This document shows, piece after piece, positions 36,801 to 49,287 of a DNA stretch of 64,000 bases; position 1 is the stretch's first letter; each line of letters starts with the position of its first letter. The position numbers and the translations under genes were made by a program. Origin of the DNA: Octopus bimaculoides. Its lineage: Eukaryota. The notes under the pieces are model-generated. The model worked only from the letters and a program-made list of their open reading frames with translations, did no database searches and was not told where the DNA came from. The stretch spans positions 28,039,908-28,103,907 of the forward strand of contig NC_068993.1 of NCBI RefSeq assembly GCF_001194135.2, in the 5' to 3' direction.

Positions 36801-37929
36801 ATTGCTCAAGTTTCACTTGTAAAGGAAGGCAAGGGTGGAGAGGAAGGTTCTGTCCTTATTGAAAGGTGGTTGAAAATGATAAGAATGGATGGAACGACAT
36901 AAAATATAAGTCTGGAGACTTGTCCTTGATGTTCATGGAATTCTGGATGACAAATAAAGGAAATCATCATCATTATTATTAATATTTTGGTGTTCATGGA
37001 CATGCCTATGGAATTTGGTTTATTACCAAGCTTTTACAGAATGAAATGTTTTCTTTTATTTTGTCAATGAAAGACATTGGAATATTTCAGTGGCCACCCC
37101 TATTACCATGGGTGAAAAAAAAAATTTTCTTGGACATCTTTATATTAAATCTTGCAGACAATCATTCATTTATTTCAGCATAGTTTTTTCTTCTGAGAAA
37201 GTGGTAAGAGATGCTAACTACAAAAATGATAGCAGTGTACACACTTGCAAGAGCTCTGAGGAAAATTTTAAACATTGTGAAAACAAAACACAAATAAAAA
37301 TACGTAAAAATAATTACAAGAAAGCAGATGCAATTATAAACAGAAGAAATATCAATTCTACAAGTGTACAAACATTTGTAAACACAGACTTTCATATAGC
37401 AACACATATAAATAACATGGACAAAAGAAATTAACAATGGAGGAAGTAACTTTTCTAGCAACACCAGCCAGAAAGAATGAGCAAATTCTTTGAAAAAGGA
37501 GGAAGTGGGAATAATTCTGCCTCCTTGCTTGATTTTATTAAAAGAAGGGCAATGATGGTTCTGATGGCTCTCAAAGAACATAGAACAAACCCAGAGCTAC
37601 ACCACATGGTGGGTGCAGGGAGAAAGATAACAAAGTCAGCTGTTGTTACATAAAGGCTATTTAGGGAATTTCTGCTCAGAAGTAGAAAAACAGAGAAAGA
37701 GAGAAAAGTGAGCATCAACAATCAACAGCAGCAACAACAATGAGTCCCAGAGATGACTGTTACCACGGCACAACAGAGTGCAACCTTGTAGATAATAAAA
37801 AAATTAGCTTGTTTCAGTGTCAGGAATCAAGTGGGAGGTGACTAGTGTTGTGGGATGTCTTGATCAATCCCAGGTGGCAGTTTCACAGGTATGCATGGGT
37901 GGCATTTTATGTGTGTGTGTGCGTTTGTT

Positions 37930-38560
37930 ATTTGAAATTTCGATATTTGTCTTGAAATAGCATTTCATAGATATGTATAAAGCTAAAAATAACAAATGTA
38001 TCAGTAGCAGATGAAAAGTGTCAAGCAGCAGTGGAGGAATTGCTAGATCACAGGAGTTCTGTGTATTTGCACATCATCAGTAGCAAGAATCCACTATCAA
38101 TCATATGCTTAGACAAATTTCATGTCTACTGATATAGGAAAACAATTGTAAACAAATCACTTGTGTTGCAAATAGCTGATAGGCTGGACAAAAATTCGTT
38201 ATTAGTGTTAGAAACAGTATTAGATTTGAATAGCAATCTTTATATCTTGCTTAATATGAATATACTGTAAGAGAACCACAGTATTGTTGTATTTGTCTTG
38301 AGAAATTATCTCAAATAGATGTATAGTACTAAAAAGTACAGAGAAGTGTCCAACAGCAGCAGTGGAATAGCTAGATCCTGGAATTTCTATATATCTCTGT
38401 CATTAATAGTAAGTATCTACTGTCAACTACATGCAAAGACAAATTTTGTGACTACTGATATGAGAAATAGTGATTAACAAAGTACTGGTGTTGCAAACAG
38501 CTAGTGGGCTGGGTAAAAATTTATTAGCAATAGAAGCAGTATTAGTCCCAAATAGTTTTG
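37930..38560. repeat. Old tandem duplication, period about 345 bp
   Basis: Collinear matching blocks at 37947/38292, 38010/38345, 38130/38450 and 38165/38488. Confidence 0.7.
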
Positions 38561-39154
38561 ACCCAACCAAAATCAGATTTGAATTTTATCCTTGTTTTCA
38601 ATAATGTAGTGGGAATGGAATTATATAGAATCTGATTGTGTTCTTTCCAAGCCAAAAATGGTTTTATACCACTGGATATCATCTTGACCACCAGAAGACA
38701 GAAGTGAGTTCAGCTCTACAAATAAAATCTCTAACCAGGTTAGACATCAGTTCCTTTATTTGAGACACTAACACTATTTGGAAAGGAATGAATATCACAG
38801 CCTTAGTTGCCCACCTCAAATTCATCTCGAAAGTGTTTCTATTTATAAAAGTATTACAAGACTGGTAGGAGATGACTAGAAAACCCACTCCCACTGCTAC
38901 TTAACATAACTGACTAGGCTGACTGTAACACCATGGTTAAAGAAGACTAAAAGGTGATATTAACATAGGTGTGAGTATGTGCATTGCTGGGAGTTAACAG
39001 CAAGTAGGTCATTAATGTACAGGAAGAATGTGGAATATTAAACACCCACTGACTTAATTTGGAGTGAGTTATAACATCTGAAGATTTAAAACTTTGGAAA
39101 TCTGGTGTCCTTATAGGGCAAAAACAAAAGGCAAACATTGTACAACAGCCACTC

Positions 39155-39157
<3 letters not shown>

Positions 39158-39244
<87 letters not shown>
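39158..39244. repeat. (GA)n microsatellite
   Basis: Seen directly. Confidence 0.98.
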
Positions 39245-39248
<4 letters not shown>

Positions 39249-39559
39249 CTCTTTTAATGGACTGCAGCCATGATGGGGCACCTCCATCGATAATTTTAGT
39301 CTGCCATAGACCCCAGTAACTGATGTTATAGAGAGAGATGCTCTCTATCAGTAGTTCTCAACATGACTCCTTACCAAAAAGGAGACCAAATATAACCACT
39401 GGTACACTTTGTGTGGAAAATTTTACAAAAGAAAGAAAATTATGTGAGAATTTAAAAAAGCATCTACAGTCTAGAATTATATTTTTTAAAAAATGCAGTG
39501 AACCACCACACTGCCATGCATCATTTGTAAAATGGCTCCTTTAAAAAGAACCAACTATG

Positions 39560-39895
39560 GACATGTCAAACTGATGGACCAAATGAAGAAAATAGTAGAG
39601 AAAACTTTACCACAAGTTATTAGGAAGAGAATTAACTTAGATGAGATGTACTTCAGATTTTTGTCAAGATAGTGAACCATCAAATAACTTCTTCCCTCTG
39701 AGACAACTACTGAAACAGTTCTTAGCTAAATGTTAGCTCCTAACCCTCATAGACTTGGAGATAGTGTGGTAGTTACTAAGAAAACTTGATGTAAATGAGT
39801 GGACCTATGCAAATCATGTAGTACAGATATGCTGTCAACAACAAGGTAAGAGTTAGCAACAAATTTAATGAGAAATTTACAGTGCAGGACTTTAG
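39560..39895 (+). mobile_element. Heavily decayed RTE RT fragment
   Basis: Remnants of KLMDQMKKIVEK...LDEM and W.LLRKLDVNEW. Confidence 0.6.
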
Positions 39896-39897
39896 GG

Positions 39898-41815
39898 TTC
39901 ATTGAAAGGTTTTGGCTTTAGCACTATTTACCTAAACACAAACACCTGGACATTTGTATAAAGACTTCATGTAACCAGGAGTTGCCTCATTAATTCCTAA
40001 CTCTTGCAAATCCCTCCACAGCATGTCCCATGGCATGTGGTGACATGCCTTTTTAAGGTTTACAAACAAGCGTACACCTCTTCGTAATATTCCCATGATT
40101 TCTTGAAGACCAGCCACAGTGTGAATATCTAACCAGACAGAAGCCACAATGTTCTTCAGCAAGCTTGGACTCCATGATTTCTCTACATCTCTTTTCCAGA
40201 CACCTAGTGTAGACTTTATCAGGGAGATGACTCAACAATCAGGACATACTCCCTTGTCTCCCTTTTTGAAAATTAGAATTATCTCTTCAGATTTCCATTG
40301 CTTTGGTATCTTTTCAGAGGTCCAAGCCACCTGGCATACATGAGGCAGCCAGAGAATATCTTTTCTATTCAAAGATTTTAACATCTTATGTCAAATTTCA
40401 TCATCTCCAGCAGCCTTGCTACAGTTGAGTGTTTAAATCACTCTATAATTTCAACCTCTGTGAAGTTAATTTTTGCCCCTAGATGCACCTTGTGACTACC
40501 AGATTTTATCATGGCTGGATTTAGAAGATTCATAAAGTATTCTTTCCACCTCCAAAGAATGCACTTCTCTGTTGAAAGAACCCCAGCCAAATTTTAGAAG
40601 GCAGGTGTAGAAGAGGGATTCTTGATACAAAGACAGCAGATGGCCTGCCACAATACTTCATTAGGCAATCTAAAGTCAGAATCTACCTTAACTCCAAAGT
40701 CATGCCATGACTCAGCTTTGGACGTTTTTACTGTCCCTTCTGCAACATTTCACACCTCTGTGTACAATCTGTGCGTAAGGTGAGACTTATTTCCAAGCCA
40801 AGCTTAGGCTTGGATGGCATTTTGAACTTCCTGGTTAAATCAGAGGGTTCTTTTACCACCTTGTTTCACACCGAGCTGATTTAGCCCACAGCACTGTACA
40901 ACCAAAGAAAAAACTCTCAAACAAAACAATCTCCTCCCTGTAGGTTTTGGACTTTTGGCAGGGGTGTGTATTACTTTATCTTTTCAAAATTTTTATGAAC
41001 TGTATTGTCATGTGCAGCCATAGTAGAAGTGGTATCACAATTAGTGTGTGTAGGATTGACTGGTTGCTATATGCAGACATGGTACTACTTGGTCCATCAG
41101 AAGGTGATCTGTGGCATGCACTAAATGGGCTCACTGCCAAGTACTGCAAGGCAAAGATAAGAATTAGTGTTGCAAAGACTGAGACATTGGTTTTCTGAAG
41201 AAAATTTTCCCAGTGCATTCTGCATGTCAGCAGAACATAACTGAGACAAGTGGAGAAGTATCTCAAGGACATATTCATGTCAGGAAGACTGAATTAAATG
41301 CTATAATTGCAGGCACTGGTACAGTAATGCACCAATTTCAGTATTTGACCTTCAGAAGAGGAGAGGTTGGCAAAAAAGTCAAACTCAATTATCTTTCTCT
41401 GCCTAGCCTCACCTATGGTCATGAATGTTGGGTAAAGACTGAAAGAGTGAGATTGTGAATACAGACAGCTGAAGGTTCTTCAAAAGGATCTCTAGAGCAA
41501 TGTTACTTAACAGTTTGCATAGCTTAGAGATCAAGGAGCCTCTCCAGATCAAACCACTACTTCTCTAGTGCTATGGACATGTAATTAGAATGTCATAGGA
41601 AAGAATTGCAAGAAGGGTTCTTCAAACCAAGCCAACTGGCAAGAGACTTAGGAGTGGATCAAGAATGAGATGGTTGGATAATATCTATAGTCTCAGCTTG
41701 TCATGCTTGGAAATCCAGCAGGAAAAAGTTGGTTGTTTCCAATAGGACCCTCCAGTACCTAAGAACTCTATTCTCATGACCCTTCCAAGAATAGTGGGTG
41801 AAGATGGATGGGCGG
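39898..41815. mobile_element. RTE-like LINE with an inverted 5' half (minus 40940-39898, plus 40945-41815)
   Basis: Minus: WRWKEYFMNLLNP...LSHLPDKVYTRCLEKRCR..EEHCGF...KSLYKCPGVCV.VNSAKAKTF. Plus: WQGCVLLYLFKIFM...LLYADMVLL...LTYGHECWVKTE. Confidence 0.85.
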
Positions 41816-42989
41816 ATGGTGGTATTTAGAGCTCAGTAGTATATTATTATTCTCCAGCCCTTAGCAGAAGAGTTTAAGACTTATCTGTGGAAACTTGTGT
41901 GTGTCAATGATTTAGTTCTCAAGGCAAAATCTATGGAAGAATTAGTGAAGATATTCCTAACATGGAAACGAATGTTAGAATTGAGAGGGCAGGAATGCCT
42001 TATTGTCATCTGAGGTTAGGCCATGTTTAATATGCAGGAATGAAATATGGTATACTCAATGTAAATTGTAGAAGGGCCACTTATTTTATGTGCGTCATCT
42101 CACCTAATTGGAATGGGGAGAGTTCCAGATGTTTTTGTGGGGGAAGTCCATTGTGAGAGTTTAAGTTGCTTTCTATTCATGGCAAACATAATTTGTTTTG
42201 CATGAGATCAATACTACATCAATTGAGAGGACGGAAGACAAACAGTTTAGAACAGAATTCTTCTTAGTACAGAGTCAGCTTAAGTTTTTTTACAGTGATG
42301 CTTCTGAAATGTTGCTCCAATTGACACACTGCTTCATATCATATTAGAGACTTATCACTGTTAACAAAGCCCCTAAGGCTCTATTTCCTGCCACATGAAG
42401 GCTTGTGATAAGAATAAATATTTAAACTCAGAACAAAGAATCAGAATGGAAACCACAAGGCATCTCATCCAATGTCCTAATAATTCCATCAAACCACCCA
42501 TTGGAATTTGTCTTTATCAATCTTTCTGGAATTTGAGCTCAGAGTACAAAGAGCTGCAACAAAACTGCAAGCATCCAGTATTAACCTTGATGAAACTGCC
42601 AATTTGGTTTCTGCTATAGAATTCAGTACAGTATCAAGTGATGAGAGTGAATATTCAGGGATGAGATCAGTTATTTAGGTGTTTTGGTTCAGACAAATAG
42701 TGTAAGGATCATATTACTCAAGAGAAAGTTGTCTCTAACCCAATACATAATGAACAGGTATATGATCAAAGATATATCATCCACAATATCTCATCTTTTG
42801 CATACTCATAGAGCTACTTAGTCCATGTCTCCTTTTAAGAGACACGTGCTCCTTTTTTAAGATGATATGATGTGATGAGGAAATTGACTACTATTTCTAG
42901 CAAGTCAAGTGTGAAGTTCCCTCATTGTTTAGTTTATATTTGTGTCAAAAGCCAGTATTACTCAATATTATACACTGAATTAAGTGGTA

Positions 42990-43200
42990 AGCTGGCAAAA
43001 CCATTAGCACACCAGAAAAAATGCTTAGCAGCATTTCATCTGCCTTTATGCTCTGAGTTTAAATTCTACCTAGGTCAACTTTGCCTTTCTTCCTTTCGGT
43101 GTCAATAAAATAAGCACCAGTTGAGCACCGAGGTTGATGTAATTGACTTACTCCTTCTGAAATTGCTGGCCCTGTGTGAAAAATTTGAAACCAATATGAT
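42990..43200 (+). mobile_element. Family-B SINE
   Basis: ggtaagctggcaaaaccattagcacaccag...gagtttaaattctacctaggtcaactttgcc. Confidence 0.8.
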
Positions 43201-43257
43201 ACACTGAGTATGTTCTTTTGTTTACTTTAGTCCTCCTGGTTAACAGCCATGCTGGAG

Positions 43258-43260
<3 letters not shown>

Positions 43261-43321
<61 letters not shown>
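43261..43321. repeat. (GT)n microsatellite
   Basis: Seen directly. Confidence 0.98.
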
Positions 43322-43323
<2 letters not shown>

Positions 43324-44361
43324 ATTTTTCCAGACTTTGTCTTTGGTAAATGAACTGTTATATATTTTCAATTTTCATTTAACATATATTTGTGTTCAAA
43401 CTCCTTAATAAAAACACCAGAATTTCCTGAAATTATTCCAAATCAGTTTCACCCAAGAAAAAAGTCACCATGTCAGTGTTTCCTAACTATTTCATGACTC
43501 CTTGACCCCCAGCTTTTACAGGGTTTGTCTACTCAATATTGGAATTGTATGGATGTCCTGTACTACCTTAGTGGACTCCTCTCCAGGAATTTCACAGACT
43601 CCTGGTTGGGAATCAGTGTCCTACATAGTCATTCAACTTGCTAGAAACAGCAACCAAATCTCTTTCAAGTCATACCTTACCATCTTCAGAAAAAAAAAGA
43701 AATCATTGAATAATAGTCCTTTTGTAGTTGTGTAAGACTTCATTATCTAATGCAGCAGGGTGTAATTTGAAAGAAATCTGGCTGCTATTTCTACCAAGTT
43801 GAATGGCCACATAAATGCACTCATTCATTGGCTTGAATGTTGTTGTTGTTGTTGTTGTTTATGATGCCAAAGGAGATCAACTTGAATTTAGGTCAACACT
43901 GAAAAACAAAAATACTTTTAATTGATCTATGTAGATCAACTTAAGCATAATTAGTTATTATGTAATAGCTACATAATTGCAATGTCAAAAACTTAACAAT
44001 TATTACAGTTGTTGCATTGAGTCCCTAATCAAAGGACATAATTGTGCTTGTTCCTAGTTGACTAGATAGATGATAAATGTTTTGTTCCTTCTTCAGGGTT
44101 GAATGTGTTTAATAGTAAGGAAAGACAGGAAACTAAGTGAGTCATGAGACTCCATCTCACCACAATATCATAAAACTGAATATAAAACTTTAAACATTAT
44201 ATACACACCATATTTATTTGTCTAATATGCACTGTTTTCCAAATTTTTAAACTTAGACATTAGGGGTATGCATCATATTAAGAATATGAACATGACAACT
44301 AAATGCTGCTCATATCTTAAAATATGCTTTACAAAAATATAAAAATTCTTTACACAGTTTA

Positions 44362-44680
44362 TCTATCTATATATATAAAAGTTTGTGTGTGTGTGTACAT
44401 ATGTTCTTTATGGATTTTAAAACTGAGTTGCCGATTTTGACATATGAGGTATCAAAAGATTCAGAACTCATTTTTACTACAAAAATAACCTCAAAAACGA
44501 GGTCAGGGTGCACAATTTTGAGGTCTTTAGCTGAGGGAAGCAACTCTGCCTGAACAATCTTTATGTCTTAGATAGTGCATAATGAGAAAATGTTTAAAAT
44601 AGATGGAGCTTTACCAGGGAATGAAACTTTGAAAGTATACTGTCAACTTTATTAGTATTATTTAGTAGATAATCTTTTAA
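44362..44680 (+). mobile_element. Possible non-autonomous Helitron-like element 5' part
   Basis: a|TCTATCTATATATATAAAAG followed by (TG)n resembles Helitron/HINE 5' ends. No clear 3' CTAG hairpin found. Confidence 0.3.
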
Positions 44681-45322
44681 AGAGAAGTATGTTTGTGTTT
44701 TGTTTAGCTCAGATTTGCCTCTAACGTAGCAGACCCAATGCATAGTATTTCTTGTCTTCCTGAAATATTGTAAATTTGTGTCTTTCTTTTGATGAAAGGG
44801 TGTGTTTTAAGCTGCTATTTGTAGTTGATCAAGTCACCACAGACACCTTCGTGTGTGTGTGTGTGTGTTTTGCTGTGGTGAAAACAATACTTTTCCTCAG
44901 AATATTTTGCAAAATAATTTTTAAAGAAATCTGGACGTCTTTCTTATTGCTAACCATTTAACCTCAAATTACAATTGCTAATTGTTGGAAGTCAAGTCGA
45001 CTGAGATGTACATATAGTGTTATCATATAGAGTGGAAGTTCAATACGAAGTTTTGATCTCATTATGTTGTGGTTAGTAATCCATTACCTTAAATTTGAAG
45101 CCACTATGTCTTTAAATATTATTTTACTGGGCTTAGTCTTTCGACTGTTGCTATGATGGAGTATCACCTTCAAAAATTTAATTGATCACACTGACCTCAG
45201 TATGTATTTCAATCTAGCATTTATTTTACAAATTTCTGCTTGATGAACTGCTAACTTTCAGACATAGTGGGACACAATACTCGATCTAACAACAAATGTA
45301 AACACACACACACACACATATT

Positions 45323-45465
45323 AGGTGAAAGAGTGACTGTGTGGTTGAGAAGTTTGCTTCCCAATCACATGGTTCCACATCCAGTCCCTCTGCATGGTAT
45401 CTTGGGCAAGTGTTTTCTACTATAGCCCTAGGCCAACCACAAACTTGTGACTGAATTTGGCAGTG
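45323..45465 (+). mobile_element. Family-A SINE head, truncated
   Basis: gagtgactgtgtggttgagaagtttgcttcccaatcacatggttcc...cttgggcaagtg. Confidence 0.75.
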
Positions 45466-45659
45466 TTGTTCATCAGAAAATAACTGAAAAACATGTTTAT
45501 AAAGAAGAGTTGCTTGCTTCATACTCCTCGTGTACCAATTCTGCTCATAAGAAAGGAACAAATAATACAATGTGGCTGTTGGTCATAATGACTATGCAAT
45601 GCTGGGGTGCACTGCTTCTATATTATATAACAAAAAAGAAATTACATACTTTTTCAATA

Positions 45660-46860
45660 TATAATGCTGTGATGCACTTGGACACATTATCAGGGATGTT
45701 TCCTGGGATCATTAGATATTTCAACATCAGGCATTCTCACCCAGATGACCCAGCTGAGGTTGACCAAGACCGAGCTGAAGCAGCTTCTACTACCTTCACA
45801 GCCAACTGATGACCTACCTATTGATCCCTATAGTGTCAAACATACTGTAAACTCTGTAGAGGGACTGGTCTGCAAATCCTCTACATCCCACTTCAATGGG
45901 ATTACACCTTGCTTGCCAGCCATTGCTTTGGCATAATTCCACTGACTCAGCATATATTTTCCTCTTGCTCTTGTTAGCCACCTCAATGCAGTCTTCCAAG
46001 GGAATGAATAGTTCCGACAGAACTACCTGTTTGAATGTTTCTGACATCAGTACCATATCCAGTCTAGTGATGTTGAGGTCACAATTTCTGGGAACTTCAG
46101 TGGCTTTCCATGGTCAACTTACAGCTTCCAGTCATTTGCTGTTGCAAACAGATCTGAAAAGTCAGACCTAGCAGTGCACATCTTCTACTTGCTAACCTTG
46201 ACAAAGGTGATCAACTTCATTGAGCAGAGATACTTGCAATGACTAATCACACCTTGTATAATGCCTGTTATGACCCTCTAAACCTGGTCACACTTCCAAC
46301 AGTAGCATCCCTATCCTAAGGCTTTTATACAGCTACTGAATATATGCTTTGGGGTTCCCCTCCACAGTCACAGGGAGCAAGATAGTGATTCCAACTTCTC
46401 CAGCAGAACTAGTTGGACAGGCTTGGTAGGTCATTATAAACATTCTGAATTAGAAATTTTAACCAGTGAGGCTCCACCTGATCCCTCCTTAACCAGGCTC
46501 CCTAACACTTCATCCCAACACACTTGCTGGCTTGTTCCACCTCAGTCAAACCATGTACCTCATTCCAGATCAGAAGCCATCTGTCCTTTCTTAGCAACTT
46601 GTTATAATGAGGTCTTGACGTACTGACCAGGCCGGCTCTTCCATGAGACACAACACTCACATGCGATTTGTGTCTTAGCTGCGACTCTGCAAATTTGACA
46701 ACCTCCACTGCTCTCCATTTTTGTCCTCTGTTGACATCAATATCAACCAAGGAGACTAAGGTTGCAGGAGTTTTGGTATTGCAACACCCCCTACCCCTAT
46801 CACAGGTCACTATAAATTCTTCTCTCAGGCAGCCAATGGGAAACTTCAACTTATTCTTTC
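45660..46860 (-). mobile_element. Hero-like (R2 superfamily) non-LTR retrotransposon 3' fragment with restriction-like endonuclease
   Basis: GQKWRAVEVVKFAESQLRHK..VSHGRAGL; decayed CCHC; MVLMSETFKQVVLSELFIPLEDCIEVANKSKRKIYAE...NGWQARCNPIEVGCRGFA. Confidence 0.82.
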
Positions 46861-47199
46861 CACATAGGAATGGAGTAATTTTAAGTGTTTTATTTTCATT
46901 CTCTGATAATTTTAAAATGCTATTTCATTTTTTTTTTATCTGATCACAAAAGCGATTTTGCTGAGTTTTAGAATTACCACCTAACTTATTTAACATTTTA
47001 TCGTTATTGTTTTGAAAGAGAGAGCATGAGAAAGTGAGAGACAGGAAGGACAAAGGAAGAGCAAGTGAAAGGGAGGGAAAGAAAGATATATATAAGAGAA
47101 GTTAGGCATAAGAGGAATTATATATATATAATTCTTGGGGTTAAAAAAATTGCAGTAAATTCCGCTCGAACAAAACAGCCATGTTGAAGTGGCTACGAA

Positions 47200-47935
47200 T
47201 AATACTTGCTAGTACAACTACTGCGATCATCCCATAGAAAGATTTTAGAACTAGCTTTCACTACAACAAACTGTCTGTGTTCGGACTGTCTTTGCACAGG
47301 AGTGGGTGGGGCCCATCCGGGCTCCCACCTTTGCCATGAACTGGAATTAATCTTCTCTCTTCGCTCCTTTGCACCACATGGGCTCAACTCACCTCCTGTC
47401 TTCATCTGATATCTACTTCCTCTCTTCATTGATACCACCCCACCCCCACATCACTCCACACACACTAGTACTAACCACTTCTCAGCACCCACACACCATC
47501 ATTCACATACCCACACAAAAATATTCAATAGTGCCACCATACATACCATTATATGAGCAACCACACATTACAGACGCGTGCACACTCACATACATCAGAG
47601 TCACTAGCCCCTATTCATACATACACACTTAAACATTCAAACACACCATTCTCACATATACACACATGCACGCATACCTTCATTTGGGATCACCAGCACT
47701 TTATTATCTCTCTTTCTTTCAAAAAATTTTTTTCTAATCATTTGCCTTGCTTGACCACTAAATATACAAATTTTTGTTCATTCTGTCATGGTTTATTTTT
47801 TCTTATTCCTTTCTGTTGAAGAGCATAGGCTCGAAATGTAAAACACTTCTCCATTTTCCTGAGCGTCAAACTAATTCACCAGTTTGTTGTTCATACAACT
47901 GTCTTCGTCTTTTGTTTTTCTATAAATTTCAGATA
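47200..47935 (+). mobile_element. Penelope-like element 3' fragment (GIY-YIG C-terminus plus terminal repeat)
   Basis: ELELIFSLRSFAPHGLNS* is typical of PLE endonuclease ends. A degenerate hammerhead-like tgaagagcataggctcgaaatgta lies at 47817-47840. Confidence 0.65.
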
Positions 47936-48946
47936 TATATATATATATATATAAAATAACAAGCAAAGTAGCTACTTAAAAAAAATCTCAATAACAGATG
48001 AAAGTAGCAACTATACTAAGAAGTAATGTTTATCACCACATCAATATAGCTGTTTGGTGTTACTACTCTTTTAACCCCAAGCAGATCCACTGCCAGCTGG
48101 TTACCAGTGCAACCTGCACCTTGTATATATTGCAAGCAGGAGAGCGAACCCCTACCATCCTCTAGCAGACAACAGGATCACAAGACTAAACGGTTTTGGG
48201 CTACTTGTGAACACCTGACCACTAGAAATAGCAAGAATTTGCTCCAGCTTGCAATATATAGAAAACTAAGTGACCATCAGTCACTGATCTTGCAACAAGC
48301 AAAGTAATTAGTTAGAAAACCTGAATAAGAGTTGAATATATATGTATATAAGAAAAGAGGAATTATATATNNNNNNNNNNNNNNNNNNNNNNNNNNNNNN
48401 NNNNNNNNNNNNNNNNNNNNNNNNNNNNNNNNNNNNNNNNNNNNNNNNNNNNNNNNNNNNNNNNNNNNNNNNNNNNNNNNNNNNNNNNNNNNNNNNNNNN
48501 NNNNNNNNNNNNNNNNNNNNNNNNNNNNNNNNNNNNNNNNNNNNNNNNNNNNNNNNNNNNNNNNNNNNNNNNNNATATATATATATATATACCAGAGTAA
48601 GTACATAAATACAAAACAAGGTGAAAAAAAATAGTACTTGAATATCGGAGGTAGAGTAATATGCTGTTCATCAGACAGTTTTGCTTCAAAACAAAACTGA
48701 ACGTGAAACTCTGAGTAACAGTCTTTGTGATATTTTTGCTTTTTAATAAAGTATATATATGCTTTATTATTATATGTAAATAGTAAGGGATTACCCCAAA
48801 ATGATTAGTGATTTGATCTCAGTTAGGTATTCAAAATAGATTATTCAACAGTTAAAATAAAGTTCTTCTAAGAATTTAGAGATATATTTTGTTGGTTAAT
48901 TCTGAATATTTTACCATAACCATATAGGTTTCCTGGAGTATATAAT

Positions 48947-49254
48947 ATCAACAGTATTAATAATAAGGATCATTACAAAGTTGCATAGCATTACCTTTAA
49001 TTCTGTTAATATATATACAACTTTACGTAGACTAATACGTTTCAACTGCACCGATTAGTAACCATCGCAATTGCAACCTTACTATACTACCGGTGCAGTT
49101 TCTTCAGGGTCTTTACTTAATATCCTTCGATTTAACTGCTTAAAGTTTTTCGCTTATCTACTTTGCATGGGTCTAAGTAAAGCTGTGTATATATTAAAAA
49201 AATTAAAGGTAATGCTATGCAACTTCATAATAATCCTTATTATTAATACTGTTC

Positions 49255-49256
<2 letters not shown>
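48947..49256. repeat. 310-bp imperfect palindrome (arms of about 85 bp) enclosing a hammerhead-like motif
   Basis: Arms at 48947-49032 and 49170-49256; inner 10-bp inverted repeat aactgcaccg/cggtgcagtt. Confidence 0.8.
49022..49108 (-). ncRNA. Candidate type I hammerhead ribozyme core
   Basis: CUGAAGA-[AACUGCACCG...CGGUGCAGUU]-GAAA-CGUA(UUAGUC)UACG-UA. Core, stem II, stem III and GUA triplet are intact; stem I is not evident. Confidence 0.45.

Positions 49257-49281
<25 letters not shown>

Positions 49282-49287
<6 letters not shown>

Noticed and set aside
48660-48722. ctgaacgtgaaactctgagtaa as a further hammerhead
   Set aside because: Only GAAAC-UCUGAG-UA fits. The CUGANGA box and stems I and II cannot be built, so it is too degenerate to call.
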